Origin: the human T2T-CHM13v2.0 reference genome, Homo sapiens | Length of the DNA stretch: 64,000 nucleotides | Reading direction: 5' to 3' (one strand) | Assembly (NCBI RefSeq): GCF_009914755.1 | Contig: NC_060932.1 | Shown here: positions 1 to 11,799 of the stretch, piece by piece | Numbering within the stretch: the stretch's first letter is position 1 | How the letters are laid out: each line of letters starts with the position of its first letter | Notes under the pieces: generated by a model | What the model was told of the DNA's origin: nothing | Seen by the model: only the letters and a program-made list of their open reading frames with translations | The model's database searches: none | Program-made: the position numbers and the translations under genes

Positions 1-284
1 AGAAGACTAAAGAGAAGATTATATAAGCTTGAGAGAGGAATAAATCCATTTCACACAAAGGGTCAAGAAGAGAATGACACTGCACTTCTCAGCAATAACA
101 GCTGAAGGTAGAAGACACAGGAGTATGGCCAGAAACATTCTCTAAGCAAAAATAACATACAATCTAGAATCCCATGCCCCAATCACACTGAGAGGTAAAA
201 TGTTCAAGCATGAAACTATCAAAACAAAACCAAAATGAAACACTCCCACAATGCACTCTTCCTCAGGAAGCTGTTGGAGAATAT
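1..284 (+). mobile_element. HAL1 / old L1M ORF1-region fragment (5' part)
   Basis: A-rich L1 ORF1-like tract (caatctagaatcccatgcccc...ctcaggaagctgttggagaat) that continues after the LTR at about 902. Confidence 0.6.
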
Positions 285-901
285 CCCTGTGAGGGTTACT
301 GAGCAAATGTCTCCTAGCTTTAACTTCCCCTTCCTCCTTCCTCGGATGCTGGGCTGGACTCTACAACCATTATTTCTCCTTTTGCAGTGGGCTCCATGCC
401 AGTCTCTGCCAACAGGGGGCACCAGCAAGAGAGGCTGCAAGGCTGGAGGAGGAAGAAGGGATGTGTTCCTGTTGGCTTCTTGTTTCTGTAAGTTTCATCC
501 CAACTTAATGGTTCTCACCTGGGTAGCAACAGTTAGTTCCAGTTGGCAGGTTTTATAAATTATCCTTTCAGAGATAAAAGCTTTAATCGGTGCCCACTCC
601 TCAGAGGTATGAATCCCAGCAAGGTCTCCCCTCTAAGCTCCAGAGCCACCAATATTGGCTGAACAATGCTCCTTTCCCCAGGGTTCTGGATCTCAGCTTG
701 GCAGGAACCCCTCTCTGAGCCTTCCTAATTGTTCCTTTATTTTCTCAGTCCTATTAGTAGCATCTGTTTCCTGTACTCCCTTTCTCTGTGATACCTTACG
801 TTTTGCCTTTTTTAGTTTACTTAAAATTCACTATATGAGATCTTCCCTGTTAAAATAATTTGGTGTGCTTTCTGCCTCTTGACTGGAGCATGACTGATAC
901 A
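285..901 (+). mobile_element. ERVL solo LTR, LTR41/LTR33-like, inserted in HAL1
   Basis: Motif ctgccaacagggggcacc...ctgcaaggctggaggaggaagaaggg and ERVL-type end tctgcctcttgactggagcatgactgataca. Confidence 0.65.
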
Positions 902-1520
902 ATGCTTCCCTAGAATGATGGAGCAAGTCGTGAAGGAGGAAGGCATGGGATCCAGGAATGAGATCCATACAAAAGTGGAAATATTTAAGAGGATGAAGAG
1001 AAACACCATGACAATAGCCATGCAGCTGACCTAGAGACCAACTTGTCCATTTTAGAGCAAAACAGAGGGCTCTCAGAAAGATTTCTTCAAGAAGATGAAA
1101 ATCACAAAATACTTCATATGCTTAAATATACTGAGAAGAGATTTATGTTGCTGAAGGAAAGTTTGGGATTGAATAATCAGAACGTAAAGACTAAACAAAG
1201 AAAAACAAATGAAGAAAGAAGGTACTTACAATGCCAGGGAAAAACGAATGCTAGGCAGCTAAGGATGAGTTGTCCTCACTGTCCCTGTCTCTGCTATGAA
1301 TAGCTTTTTCATGGACGTAATAATGTAACTACTTATGATTGATCTCATTTGAATTTTACTACATATACATAGGGAGGTTTGGAAAATGTAAAATGTGTGT
1401 TTGCATGTAAAAGAGGTCACATTTGCATGTGAAAGAAAGCAAAATCCTCATTTTTCAAAGGGGGAAAGTCAGTATATAAGGACTAAACTGAAAAAAAGTA
1501 AAATTAAGAAGCTCACTTGT
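902..1520 (+). mobile_element. HAL1 / old L1M fragment (continuation)
   Basis: ggcatgggatccaggaa...gcagctgacctagagaccaac resembles the HAL1 consensus. Confidence 0.6.
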
Positions 1521-1534
1521 ACAATGATAGGAAT

Positions 1535-1655
1535 AATAATAATAATTGAGTCTGCCTTCACGGTTGTCAACATCAAATGAATTAATACATATATAGCATT
1601 TAGAACAGTGCCTGACCAATGGTAAGAGCCATGCAAGTGTTTGTTGAGTGAATGA
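1535..1655 (+). mobile_element. MIR 3' fragment
   Basis: aaatgaattaatacatatatagcatttagaacagtgcctg. Confidence 0.65.
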
Positions 1656-1869
1656 GCCATATGAATAATATAGGTAAACTTTTCTTTAGGTCTCACCGAA
1701 GGAACTTAAAACTGCATTTCTATTGCATTTCACCCATAGCTCAAAACAAGCAAGTACCTGAAAATTGTTTATTTTCTTGCTCCTCTTCTAGAAATCACCA
1801 GTGATGAAAAAAGATGATGCAATGAATCAAGTTTTTTCAGAATTTTAAGGGAGAATTAAGAAACATCAG

Positions 1870-2415
1870 GAATGGTACCTGGAGTTAGCCAAACTGCCAG
1901 GTGAAGGGCATGATCCTCCAGACTGCCAGTGCTGCCCAAGACTTCTGACCCCAAAGATGAAGAATTAGGGTCCAATGACAAAGTTAGAGGGAAGAGCCCA
2001 CATAAGACCACCCTCACTCTGACACCAAGTTCAAGAGTTTTCCGAAACCACCCTGAGTTTCAATGACTCAGTAGAAGACTCACAAACTCCATGAAATCCA
2101 TTATATTCACGGTTACATTGACTATAGGGAAAAGATGCATTAAAGTCAGCCAAAGGAAGAGATGTATAAGGTAGAGTCTAGCAAAATCCCCCAGAGTTCT
2201 GCCATCCCAGGAGGCTCACCTGAGCTTCTGTGTCCAGAATTTTACTGAGGCTTCGTTACATAGGCATGATTAATTGATTGGTCTATTGATTGTCCACATG
2301 AATGAACTCAGTCTCTAGGTCATCTGATACCATGTTAGCCAGAGCTATTGCCCTAAATTCATACTTTCTTTTGTAGTCAGCCCCCACCCTAAGACTATTG
2401 GGTGTGGTCATCCAA
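1870..2415 (-). mobile_element. MER21-family LTR
   Basis: acctggagttagc...agacttctgacc...gtccagaattttactgaggcttcgttacataggcatgatt match MER21 in reverse. Confidence 0.7.
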
Positions 2416-2589
2416 AGGAGGAAAAAAACAAGAGGGAGAGGACTTAAAGATGAGGGGAGACAAGGAGACGAAGGGACAGGGCAGGAAGTTTTCCTCTGAA
2501 AAGAAAAGAGATTAATTCCCCAAGTTCATGACCACAACTCAGTAATAACTGCCATTTGCTTCTCCCTCCACATTAGCCAGAGCGTTTGT

Positions 2590-2750
2590 GTTTCATAAAT
2601 TTCACAACTACTCTATGAAGTGTTTAGAGTTTTACAAATGAGAAAACTGAAACTCCAGAAGACCCTATATCCCCCACGCCAGAAAAAGGACACAGTGCGG
2701 CTGGAAACCAGGTCTTCTGACCCCACATTCCTGTTCTTTCCAATACAGTC
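2590..2750 (-). mobile_element. MIR fragment
   Basis: ttttacaaatgagaaaactgaaact core in reverse orientation. Confidence 0.6.
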
Positions 2751-3197
2751 TACAGTGTCTGTTTTCCACACTTAAGTCAGCCTTCTTTGTTTGTTTCAAT
2801 CCTGCAAATTTTCAACTTTTTAAGTACTCATAACAGTCTCGTCTCTTCTCTATTTGTTAACTTTTTAAGCATCTCATAAAATTTTGTGAATTAAAAAGAC
2901 ACAAATCCAGCAAAGTTGTAACCCGGGAACAATAATCTTGGGCCAAAATTTATTGTCAAAGGAATACAAAAATTTTTGCTTTGTTCTGGAATTTTGTCAC
3001 AATAAAGCATTGTCATTTGTCTCTTAGATTCTTTCCTTCCCAGCTCCTCCACCACCACCACTCCCTATTGGTGAAATTGGCACATGTCAAAGAGCTAACA
3101 AAGGGATCTTCCTAAAAGGCGTCATTGTGTGCCCAAAGGGTTTCTGGACTTGGACATCATGGTGGACTGGTAAGAGGCAGGGAGGGCCAAGCGCAAG

Positions 3198-3880
3198 ATA
3201 TTTTGACCCCGATGTTTAGACTGTCCTATATCCAATTCCTGTGATTGTTCTTTTTGCCATTGCATTGATAAAAATTTCCCAATCACCAGCTGTTTATCTA
3301 ATTCTTACTGAGTGTTACTGGAAGAAATAATCAACATAGATCATTAAATGCTGGTGAAACTAACACTGGCTAAAATTGTAGGTGGTAAAATTTGGTATAG
3401 ATGAAAACCTGAAAAATTAAAAGTGGGAAACAGACTTGGTTGAAATAAATTTTTAAAACAAAATCTATAGTATATAAAATTGCACGATTTAAAATGTTTT
3501 TTAGTTAAAAGTGCATCAAATCTTTATATATTTATATAATTTGACCTGAGAAATGAATTGGTAGAAATAATTTCTGCAAAAGAAAACTCATAATCATAGA
3601 ATGCATAACTAGGTAAAAGTTGAGTCAAAATAAATAAATCACATTAGAAAATAATTGATCCTGATAATAATTAATGTTAAAGTAATGCTTTTATAAAAAT
3701 GGTTTAACTTTTTGAAAATGTTATCAAATGATTGAATTAACAAAGATTCATTCTTAAAAAGTATTAATTTTGGTGTAATTCTTATTAAAATATTTGTATA
3801 TATAAACACAGAGATAAAATATTTATGGAATCAATAAGGAAGTCCAAAACAGTGGGGTCAAAACAGTAGGGTCAAAATAT
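3198..3880. mobile_element. Putative old non-autonomous DNA transposon bounded by degenerate inverted repeats (family unassigned)
   Basis: About 45-bp imperfect inverted repeats at 3198-3245 and 3821-3880 around an AT-rich core. Confidence 0.45.
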
Positions 3881-6150
3881 TATTTATTCTTTTGCTCCTT
3901 TCTGTGAAATGGATGTAAGATTATAAAACCACTAATGTGACCAAATGCAAGGAGTTGCTATTGAAAATAAGATCAATACCTACATAAAGGTTGCCAATGT
4001 AAATAATTTGGATTTGGTTCATGTATCACCTGAAATGTAGAAAACGAAGTCAAATTTTATCTTGTGGTTCCCGCTTGGGCTTGTCTTGGACCTGGGACAT
4101 AGAAGCAGAGAAGGGCAGATGGTGACTTAAATTGCTGGAGCCTTCCTTGCCTTGAAAGTTCTCACAGTGACCTACATGGCCCCACTTGATCTAGATCCCC
4201 TTCTACTGTGACCTTATTTTCTTCCACTGACCCCCCGCCCCCGCTCCAAAACCTTTTCCATCCACATCTATGGTAGAGGAGGGTAGAGAGGGGGATAAAA
4301 GGGAAACGAGAAGTGCTTTAAGTAGTTCTGATCTAATTCGTAGATGAGTCAGCATCAGTTTATCTGATTTTTAGACACCATTTAACAGTTGGGCATCTGC
4401 CAGCTGTTAGAACTAAGTTCCCACTCTGAAACTCAAAGAAATCTACTCTTCATCCTGTTACCCCAGCACCACACCATGAGTATCCCCTCCTACCTCAAAC
4501 CAACTTTGAACACACAATGATCAGAATCCTGCCCTGAAACTTTAGTCTCCCACTTGGGTAAGCCACCCGCTACCAGACTAACCTGAGGCGACCCTCAAAG
4601 GGCTGGCAGTCATGAGGCTGCCCCTGCCTGAGGAAGACCTTACTTTTCTTCTGATCATCTCTGTTTGCCTGAACTATCACCAGAATGTCTGAGGAATGTG
4701 TTTAGTCCACAGTATTAACTACATTTCTGTTACCCACTTTTGGGTCTGCCTCAACCCAAGGCCCCTGTCTCAAACCAGTGACATGTCTGATTTGAAGTCC
4801 ACACCCGCTCTGTCTGCCAATTCGTGTTTTTTTTCAGTCCAAGTATAACAAGATGAGCCATGGGCTGGCCTCCTTCTCCAAATAGCCTTCACTGTCAAGC
4901 CATTCTAATCAGGCAGACAGCATCCCAGCAGGCCCAGATGGATACATGGTGATCTATAAACGGCTGTCATGTCCTTTACAGGGATCTCTGAATTAAGTTT
5001 AGGACACAGGGAAACTATAGATTACACGTGCTGAAAAAGAGTCAAATTCTTACCAAACACTTACTAGGTCCAGACAAGGCCTCGGCCCAAAATATTTCTT
5101 CTTGAAAACAAAATAAAACTACTCTCCTCTGACCTCCTGACTGCTACCCCCATCTCCTCCTCTCATCCTTCCAGTCAGATTCACTACAATTGGTTTCTCA
5201 CTAAATTCCATTTTACTCTCTTGGTTCCAATTCACCTGGCAGTTCTAAACCCACAAGTTGTTCTGTAGAGCTAGCTTTCCAAAGGAGTCATGAGTTTCAC
5301 AATCAATAGATATATTACAAAACAAAAATAAAATGAACGTCACACTGGGTTGAAGCCATCTTGTAGATTTTTTTTTTTTTTTTAACCAGAAGTGGGGATT
5401 TGTGATATAAGCAGCTGCTACAAAACCAAACAAATGACAGCACTCAACTCAGAGTTTGAGCCTATCCAGGGGCTGAATTATGTTTGCTTTGAGGTTTTGT
5501 GAAAGGTCATGAGGCCTAACAAAGTTCGGATGAAACTTGGCTGTTTCTCCGTTAGGCTCTGGCTCAAAACTTGTGGCGTTTCATGTGGTTTGGAGTTTTC
5601 AAACACAGTGCTTTGCACAGCGCTAATAAATGATTCTCTCTCAGCATGGAAAGCAATTAAATGTATGGCCTCTTGGGCTTTGGTCTTAGAATCAGTATTT
5701 ATTTATTAGGAGCTGGGAGAAGGACTAAATGGCCTAGAAGAGGGATCACACATAATGAGGTGAGTGAATTTGCTGAAGACACCACATTTTAGATGACTGG
5801 AGGCCTGAAAAGCAAGAGAGGAACTCCTGAGGAACCAATAAAATTAGGCCATTGGGAAACTTGCTAATGAACGGAATTTAGCATCAGCCTACAAGAAACA
5901 AATTGGAACTGCTTGCAAAGCCTCAGGGAAGACCACATGAAAGGACCCCAGCACCATCTGTCTTCAGCCTTCACTGGCCACTCTGAAGGGCCCCTGTGAG
6001 TTTCCAGTACACACAGCTCTTGGAGCTTCCTCCATGGGCATGCCTCTCCTGGCAGGCAGCTTGGAATCACCCTCTACGCATGCTGGGATGGGGCTGGGGG
6101 AGTCCATTCTAAAAAGTCTTCCTCTGGCTGTTCTCTTTTAACTAAGGGAG

Positions 6151-6535
6151 TGCATTAGTTTTCTAAAACTTCATAACAAAGCACCACAGACTGGGTGACA
6201 TAAACAACGGAAATCTATTTCCTCTCAGTTCTGGAGTTTGGAAGTTGAAGATCAAGGTGTTAGCAAGGCTGGTTTCTTGAAGCCTCGCCCCTTGATTTGT
6301 AGGTGGTCATCTTCCTTTGTGTCTTCACAAGGTCTTTCTTCTGTGTATGTCCGTGTCCTAATCACCTTTTCTTATAAAGACACCAATCGTACTGGGTTAG
6401 GGCCTACCTATATTATCTCATTTAACCTTAATACTTCTTTAAAGGCAAATCTTTCTCCATATGCAGTTACATTCAAGGCACTAGGGGTTAGGACTATAAT
6501 ATGAATTTTGGAGGCACACAATTCATATTCCCATA
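6151..6535 (-). mobile_element. MLT1B-like MaLR solo LTR
   Basis: tgcattagtttt...accacagactgggtg...cagttctggag...ggaggcacacaattca; about 385 bp. Confidence 0.85.
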
Positions 6536-6885
6536 AGGAGAGGCATTGTACTCTTCAGTTCAGTGCTATATCTGTTCAAGCTATACATCTGAGCCAACTC
6601 CCTAACCCTTATTGGAGAGTGATGAGGTAAGAGAAGGCCGTGATTGAGGAAAGGCTCATCTTCTTGTATTTCATGCCTCCAACTGAGCATTAAGTTAATC
6701 AAACCTGAAAGAGAAAGCAAAACAGCAGTGCAGCCTTCTTAGAGTACAGAAGGAAACCATATTCATGCTTGTTTATTTTCAGGTACAATTGTCTGCTTAT
6801 ACAGACTTGCTGGAGCATAATAGTTCCACAAAGACCATTCTCCAAATAGTGAACCCAGAAGCCTTCACTTATGACTTCAATAAAA

Positions 6886-7868
6886 ATTCACCAATGGAAC
6901 AGAATAGATAGCCCAGAAATAATGCCACACACCTACAACCATCTGATCTTCCACAAAATCAACAAAAACAAGCAATGGGGAAAGGACTCCCTATTCAATG
7001 ATTGGTGCTGGAATAACTGGCTAGCCATATGCAGAAGATTGAAACTGGACCCCTTCCTTACACCATATACATGAATCAACCTAAGATGGATCAAAGACTT
7101 AAATGTAAAGCCTAAAACTATAAAAACTCTCGAGGATAACATAGAAAATACCATTCTGGATATAGGACCTGGCAAATATTTCATGATGAAGACACCAAAA
7201 CCAACTGCAACAAAAACAAAAATTGACAAATGGGACTGGATTAAAGAAAGAACTTCTGCACAGCAAAAGAAACTCTCAACAGTGTAAACAGACAACCTGC
7301 AGAATGGGAGAAAATTTTTGCAAACTATGCATCCAACAAAGGCCCTCTAATATCCAGAATCTATGAGGAACTTAAACAAATTTACAACCAAGAAACAAAC
7401 AACCTCATTAAAAAGTGGGCAAAGGACATGAACAGACACTTTTCAAAAAAAGCATACATCCAGCCAACAAGCATATGAAAAAATGCTCATCATTAGAGAA
7501 ATGCAAATCAAAACCACAATGAGATATCATCTCACACCAGTCAGAATGGCTATTATTAAAGAGTCAAAAAACAACAGATGCTGGTTAGGTCATGTAGAAA
7601 GGGAATACTTATACACTGCTGGTAGGAATGTAAATTAGTTCAGCCATTGGGGAAAGCAGTTTGGCAATTTCTCAAAGAACTTAAAACAGAATTTCTATTT
7701 GACCCAGCAATCACATTGTTGGGTATATACCAAAGAAATATAAATCTTTCTACCACAAAGACACATGCACACATATGTTAATCACAGCACCATTCACAAT
7801 AGCAAAGATGTGGAATCAACCTAAATGTCCATCACTGGTAGACTGGATAAAGAAAATGTGGTACATAT
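6886..7868 (+). mobile_element. L1PA13-16/L1PB ORF2 3' fragment, truncated at both ends
   Basis: Translation [60 protein letters not shown] matches the L1 ORF2 C-terminal region; no 3' UTR or polyA. Confidence 0.95.
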
Positions 7869-7934
7869 TCACTGCATAGCATTCCACAGTTTTTACAATG
7901 TTTGGTTAAAGGGCCCTTTTACAATATTTGGACT

Positions 7935-8150
7935 AGGTTAAGGTAAGTCAACAAGGGATGATCAAGCTCCCCAGGACTAGCAACAACCAGGAGTGTTACC
8001 CTTCCTAGGCCTGGGGGCCATGGGAAGGAAGAGTTACTGAGAAATGGTGAGAGCTTTGACTATAGGAAGGCACCACCCTGAAGAAGCCATTGTAAAAAGG
8101 CCTTTTAATTACTTCTTTAAGAGTGCCATCTGTTTCTTGCTGGGACCTTC
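7935..8150. mobile_element. Old ERVL-class LTR fragment
   Basis: caacaagggatg...ccaggactagcaac...ttacccttcctaggcctg resembles ERVL LTR consensus. Confidence 0.4.
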
Positions 8151-8199
8151 CAACACATGACTTTTTCCAACCTTACTGATCACTCACTACTCTTCTTAC

Positions 8200-9070
8200 C
8201 AGACCCCACATTCCAGCCACAGTTTCATCCCCTTTCATGTTCTAATACCGTTGTTTCTATTGTACCTTTTTCTCTTTTCTTTGAATGCCTTTCCCCTTCC
8301 TTGGCCAGACTCTCACACAAGCTAAAAATCTGAACTCAAATGTCACCTTCTCCAGGAAGACCTCTCTGACTTTTGCCCTGCCATCACATAATTACCCACA
8401 CAGAGTTAGGTGCTCCTCCTATATGCTGCCATCACAGCCCAAATCCTAGTGTTTAATTATCATCTATGACTATGTCTGCATCTCCATGGTGAGCAGAATG
8501 ATGGCCTCCCAAAGATGTTAGATCCTAATCCCCAGAACCTGTGGATTTGTTGGACTACATGGTAAGGGTAATCAAGGTTGCTAATCAGCTGACTTTAAGA
8601 TGAGGGGATGATCTTGGATTACCCAGGTGAGCTCAGTGTAATCATGAGGGTACTTAGACATGTAAGGGGGAAGCAGAAAAGTAAGAACTAAGGATATGGC
8701 CATTGGAGAAAGACTTTACTGGCTAGTGGCTAGTGCTGCCTTTGGAGATGGAGGAGGGGGCCCCAAGCCAAGGAATGTGGACAGCCTTTAGAAGCAAGAA
8801 AAGGCAAGAAGCAGATTCTCCCTGAAAGAGTCTAGAAGGAAGACAACCCTGCCTGCATCTTCACTGTAGACCAGTGATACCCATTTGGACTTCAGACCTC
8901 CAGAATTCTAAGATAAAAAACTGCGTCATTTAAGTCACTACATTTGTGGTAATTTGTTAACAGCAGCAATAGAAAATGAATAAAATCCCCCAGTAGACAG
9001 TCAGATTCTTGAGTGCAGGAATCATGTCTTTGTGTCTTCCAAGCTCCTCTAGCAAAACTTGTCTTACAGT
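8200..9070 (+). mobile_element. L2 3' fragment interrupted by MLT1D
   Basis: ctcaaatgtcaccttctccaggaag...ctctgact; resumes after 8985. Confidence 0.6.
8487..8984 (+). mobile_element. MLT1D MaLR solo LTR
   Basis: cagaatgatggcctcccaaagatg...atcaaggttgctaatcagctgac...tgtggtaatttgttaacagcagcaatagaaaatgaata. Confidence 0.9.
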
Positions 9071-10005
9071 GGTTCTCAAATATATTTCTCGAAGAAAAGA
9101 TAGGATGCAAAATTATCTGGCTCACCCATGTTTTCTGAATCCTTCTGGGTCTATGGTCCATGTAGCAATAGTTTATCTGTAGGAAGAGATCTGCATTTGC
9201 TTATAAAATTTTTAAAAATAGCTTTCACTTATCAATCTACCATATAATCATTGAGAAAAATTACTTAACTAGTTTCCAAGGAGAACAAGGATACAGGAAT
9301 GTGAAGGCACTCATGATGTCCTCCATCTCAGGAAAGCAGCTGTAGTATCAGTGTCCTGCCTCAGGACATGCCCAGCTCCCCGGATAGGCAGGAAAAAAAG
9401 AAAGTGTTCCTTCCTCCAGAGCAGCTGGCCCTGGTTTTGGCTGAATCTGGATCCCTGGGCCTCACGGGCACTGCTTGCTACAGTTCGGCAGGGGCCTCCA
9501 GCCCTGGCATTTCCAGAGGTCTGTGCTGTTACTAGTCTGGAGCAGATACCTCCTATCATCACCATAATCTTGTTCTTATGGCAGCATCAACAACAGATGA
9601 TCTGAAAATCCCACAGCCTGTTCATGAAACGAAAGCTAGTGCCTTGATTTAGAGCCCCTTTGACTTTGCTCAGAGCCCTGAGCCAAGAGCCCTGAGGTGT
9701 AGTCTGGCTCTGCTTCCAACCTCCTATGTGACCTTGATTGATTTCCTTACCTAGCAAGTGAAAGGGGTAAACTTCTGTGGTCACTGTGAGCTCCTGCATT
9801 CTAAGAGTTTATAACAATTATACAATCCCCAAACACATTGATGCTTAGAAAATGCCAGTGACAAACTGTCCCCTCTAAAAAGGGCATTTCACTGGGACAG
9901 AAAATAAAAGCTAGAACCTGAGAAAGGAAGAAAAGAAAGGAGAGAGAGAAGGATGGAGGGAAGGCAGCTGGGAAGAGGTAGGAAGAAAGGAGAATTTATT
10001 GAGCA

Positions 10006-10064
10006 CCTTTCACCTGTCTCAGCCTCTTTCACTTGTCTACCAGCCCCTTTCACCTGTCTCAGCT
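10006..10064. repeat. Three-copy 19-21-bp tandem repeat
   Basis: cctttcacctgtctcagcc / tctttcacttgtctaccagcc / cctttcacctgtctcagct. Confidence 0.75.
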
Positions 10065-11339
10065 CATCAACATTCCAGACCAGAGCCTCACAAAATTTTC
10101 CACCAAAGTACCTCTGACCTTGAAAGAGAGTGATACAAACCTCTGGGAATCAAGCCTATAAAGTAGGAAATCTGAAGTCTCATTTTATCTTAAAAATAAT
10201 GTGAATTTTCTGTTCTACGCCATAAACAGGGGTTTTATTTCTTCTATAGAATAAAGCTCTTGCTACAGGAAAATGCAGCATGTTAACCCTGTGTTATGCA
10301 AACCCCAGCCCACTTTCGTTTCTCTCTGAGATAGAACATTCTAGTTTTGGAGGTAGGAACCTGAAGTTGAAAGGCAAGATTTATTCCTCTAGCCCACCAA
10401 GGTCATGAGAAAACTGGGATGTTACCTGATTTATTACAGCCAGAGAAACCAAGCAAAAAAATAAAATTCAACTAGCCTAAAAATGTTGTCTTTGGAAAAC
10501 AAGAATGCTCATTTTACTGGGGCAGTTCTACCTGCCCAGCAGTCTGTGCCAGGAGAGAGGCCATGTCTGCTTTTAACTCTGTTTCCAGCAGTGAGGCACA
10601 TTAATACCCTATTTGCAGCAGTGTCAGCAACTTGGAAAGGCAGATTTGGGAGTGTTTATTTTCAAAAGCAGTAGAAATCAGAAAGAAAGGAAGCAAAAGT
10701 GCTAGGAAATAGAGACCACATGCTCAGGGGTTATGCAGGAGGGCCTAGCCAGAGAGAAGGACTTAGATGCTACCAGAGGAAAAGATGGGACTTGGCCATG
10801 GACCCCGTAAAGTAAGGAGGCAGCACCACATGAGACTCCTGGAAAGCCAACCAGGGCCAAGTCTAGATGTAAAGGAGTTGTTGTTATGAGTGGAGAAAGC
10901 CCCATACACTATCCTCAGGACAGCTGGGAGGTGAAAATGAACTTGTAAATACCTGCCTTATGATTAGTGCAAGTGTTTGCTAGTATTATTATTATTATTA
11001 TCATCATCACCACCATCATATGTCAGGAGTGAGGTCACCTTCTTTTGTAGCAAAATCAACCTTCAGGAGCAGACTTCAAAACTGGGCAGAAGATAGGAGA
11101 CAGAAACGGAAGCTGTATTTGCAAAACTACAGGGGTCTTGAGGAAAAGCTTGAAAATTATTGAAGCCACTGAAAGGAGACTGGGAAGGGGTCTTTTCTTC
11201 TAGGTAGGAGTTAAGACTCGGAGGATTCAAAATGATGCTGAGTTACAAAGAGATGGAACATCATGAAACTAGAATTGGCAAGAAGAGCAAGTAACAGGGA
11301 AGAGGGAAGGGCAACATGACCTAGGACTTAAGCTCATGG

Positions 11340-11515
11340 ATATAGGTTTGACTCTTGACTAGCACATCTGGTTATGTGACTTTTGGCAAGCCAGGTAACC
11401 TCTCTGAGCCTGTTTCTTCCTGTTTACAAATGAGAATAATTAGAGTACCAGTGTTAGCTTTTCTTACTATCAGCTGTTAGGTAGCTATTGCAAAGTAAGT
11501 AAATGGTGCTTTGTC
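11340..11515 (+). mobile_element. MIR
   Basis: tgtgacttttggcaagccaggtaacctctctgagcctgtttcttcctgtttacaaatgagaataat. Confidence 0.75.
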
Positions 11516-11604
11516 TATATTAAGATTCTGAGATTGGGTATGAAAAAACTTTGCCAGGAAAAAAAAAATCCCTTATCAGAGATTTTATTTTGGAGCAGTC
11601 AAGA

Positions 11605-11750
11605 GTTGGAAAGAATAAAGAAGAATAAAAAAGAAGAAAGAAGGGGAGGAAAGGGAGGAGGGAAAAAGAGGAAGAGGAAAAAGAAAAAGTGGTGGAGGAA
11701 ATGATGACAGGAAGAGGAGAATAGGGAGAGAGAAAAAGGCAAGGAAGAAT
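11605..11750. repeat. Purine-rich (GA) low-complexity tract
   Basis: Almost exclusively A/G on the + strand. Confidence 0.85.
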
Positions 11751-11799
11751 GGTCCTGATAATTATAAACAAGGTAATTAACATGAGAATATTCCAAAAC

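Noticed and set aside
2815-2880. Direct repeat aactttttaag..ctcataa as a CRISPR-like or regulatory array
   Set aside because: Only two short AT-rich copies in eukaryotic DNA; no array structure.
4080-4780. Possible old LTR
   Set aside because: Composition is suggestive but I could not match termini or a family.
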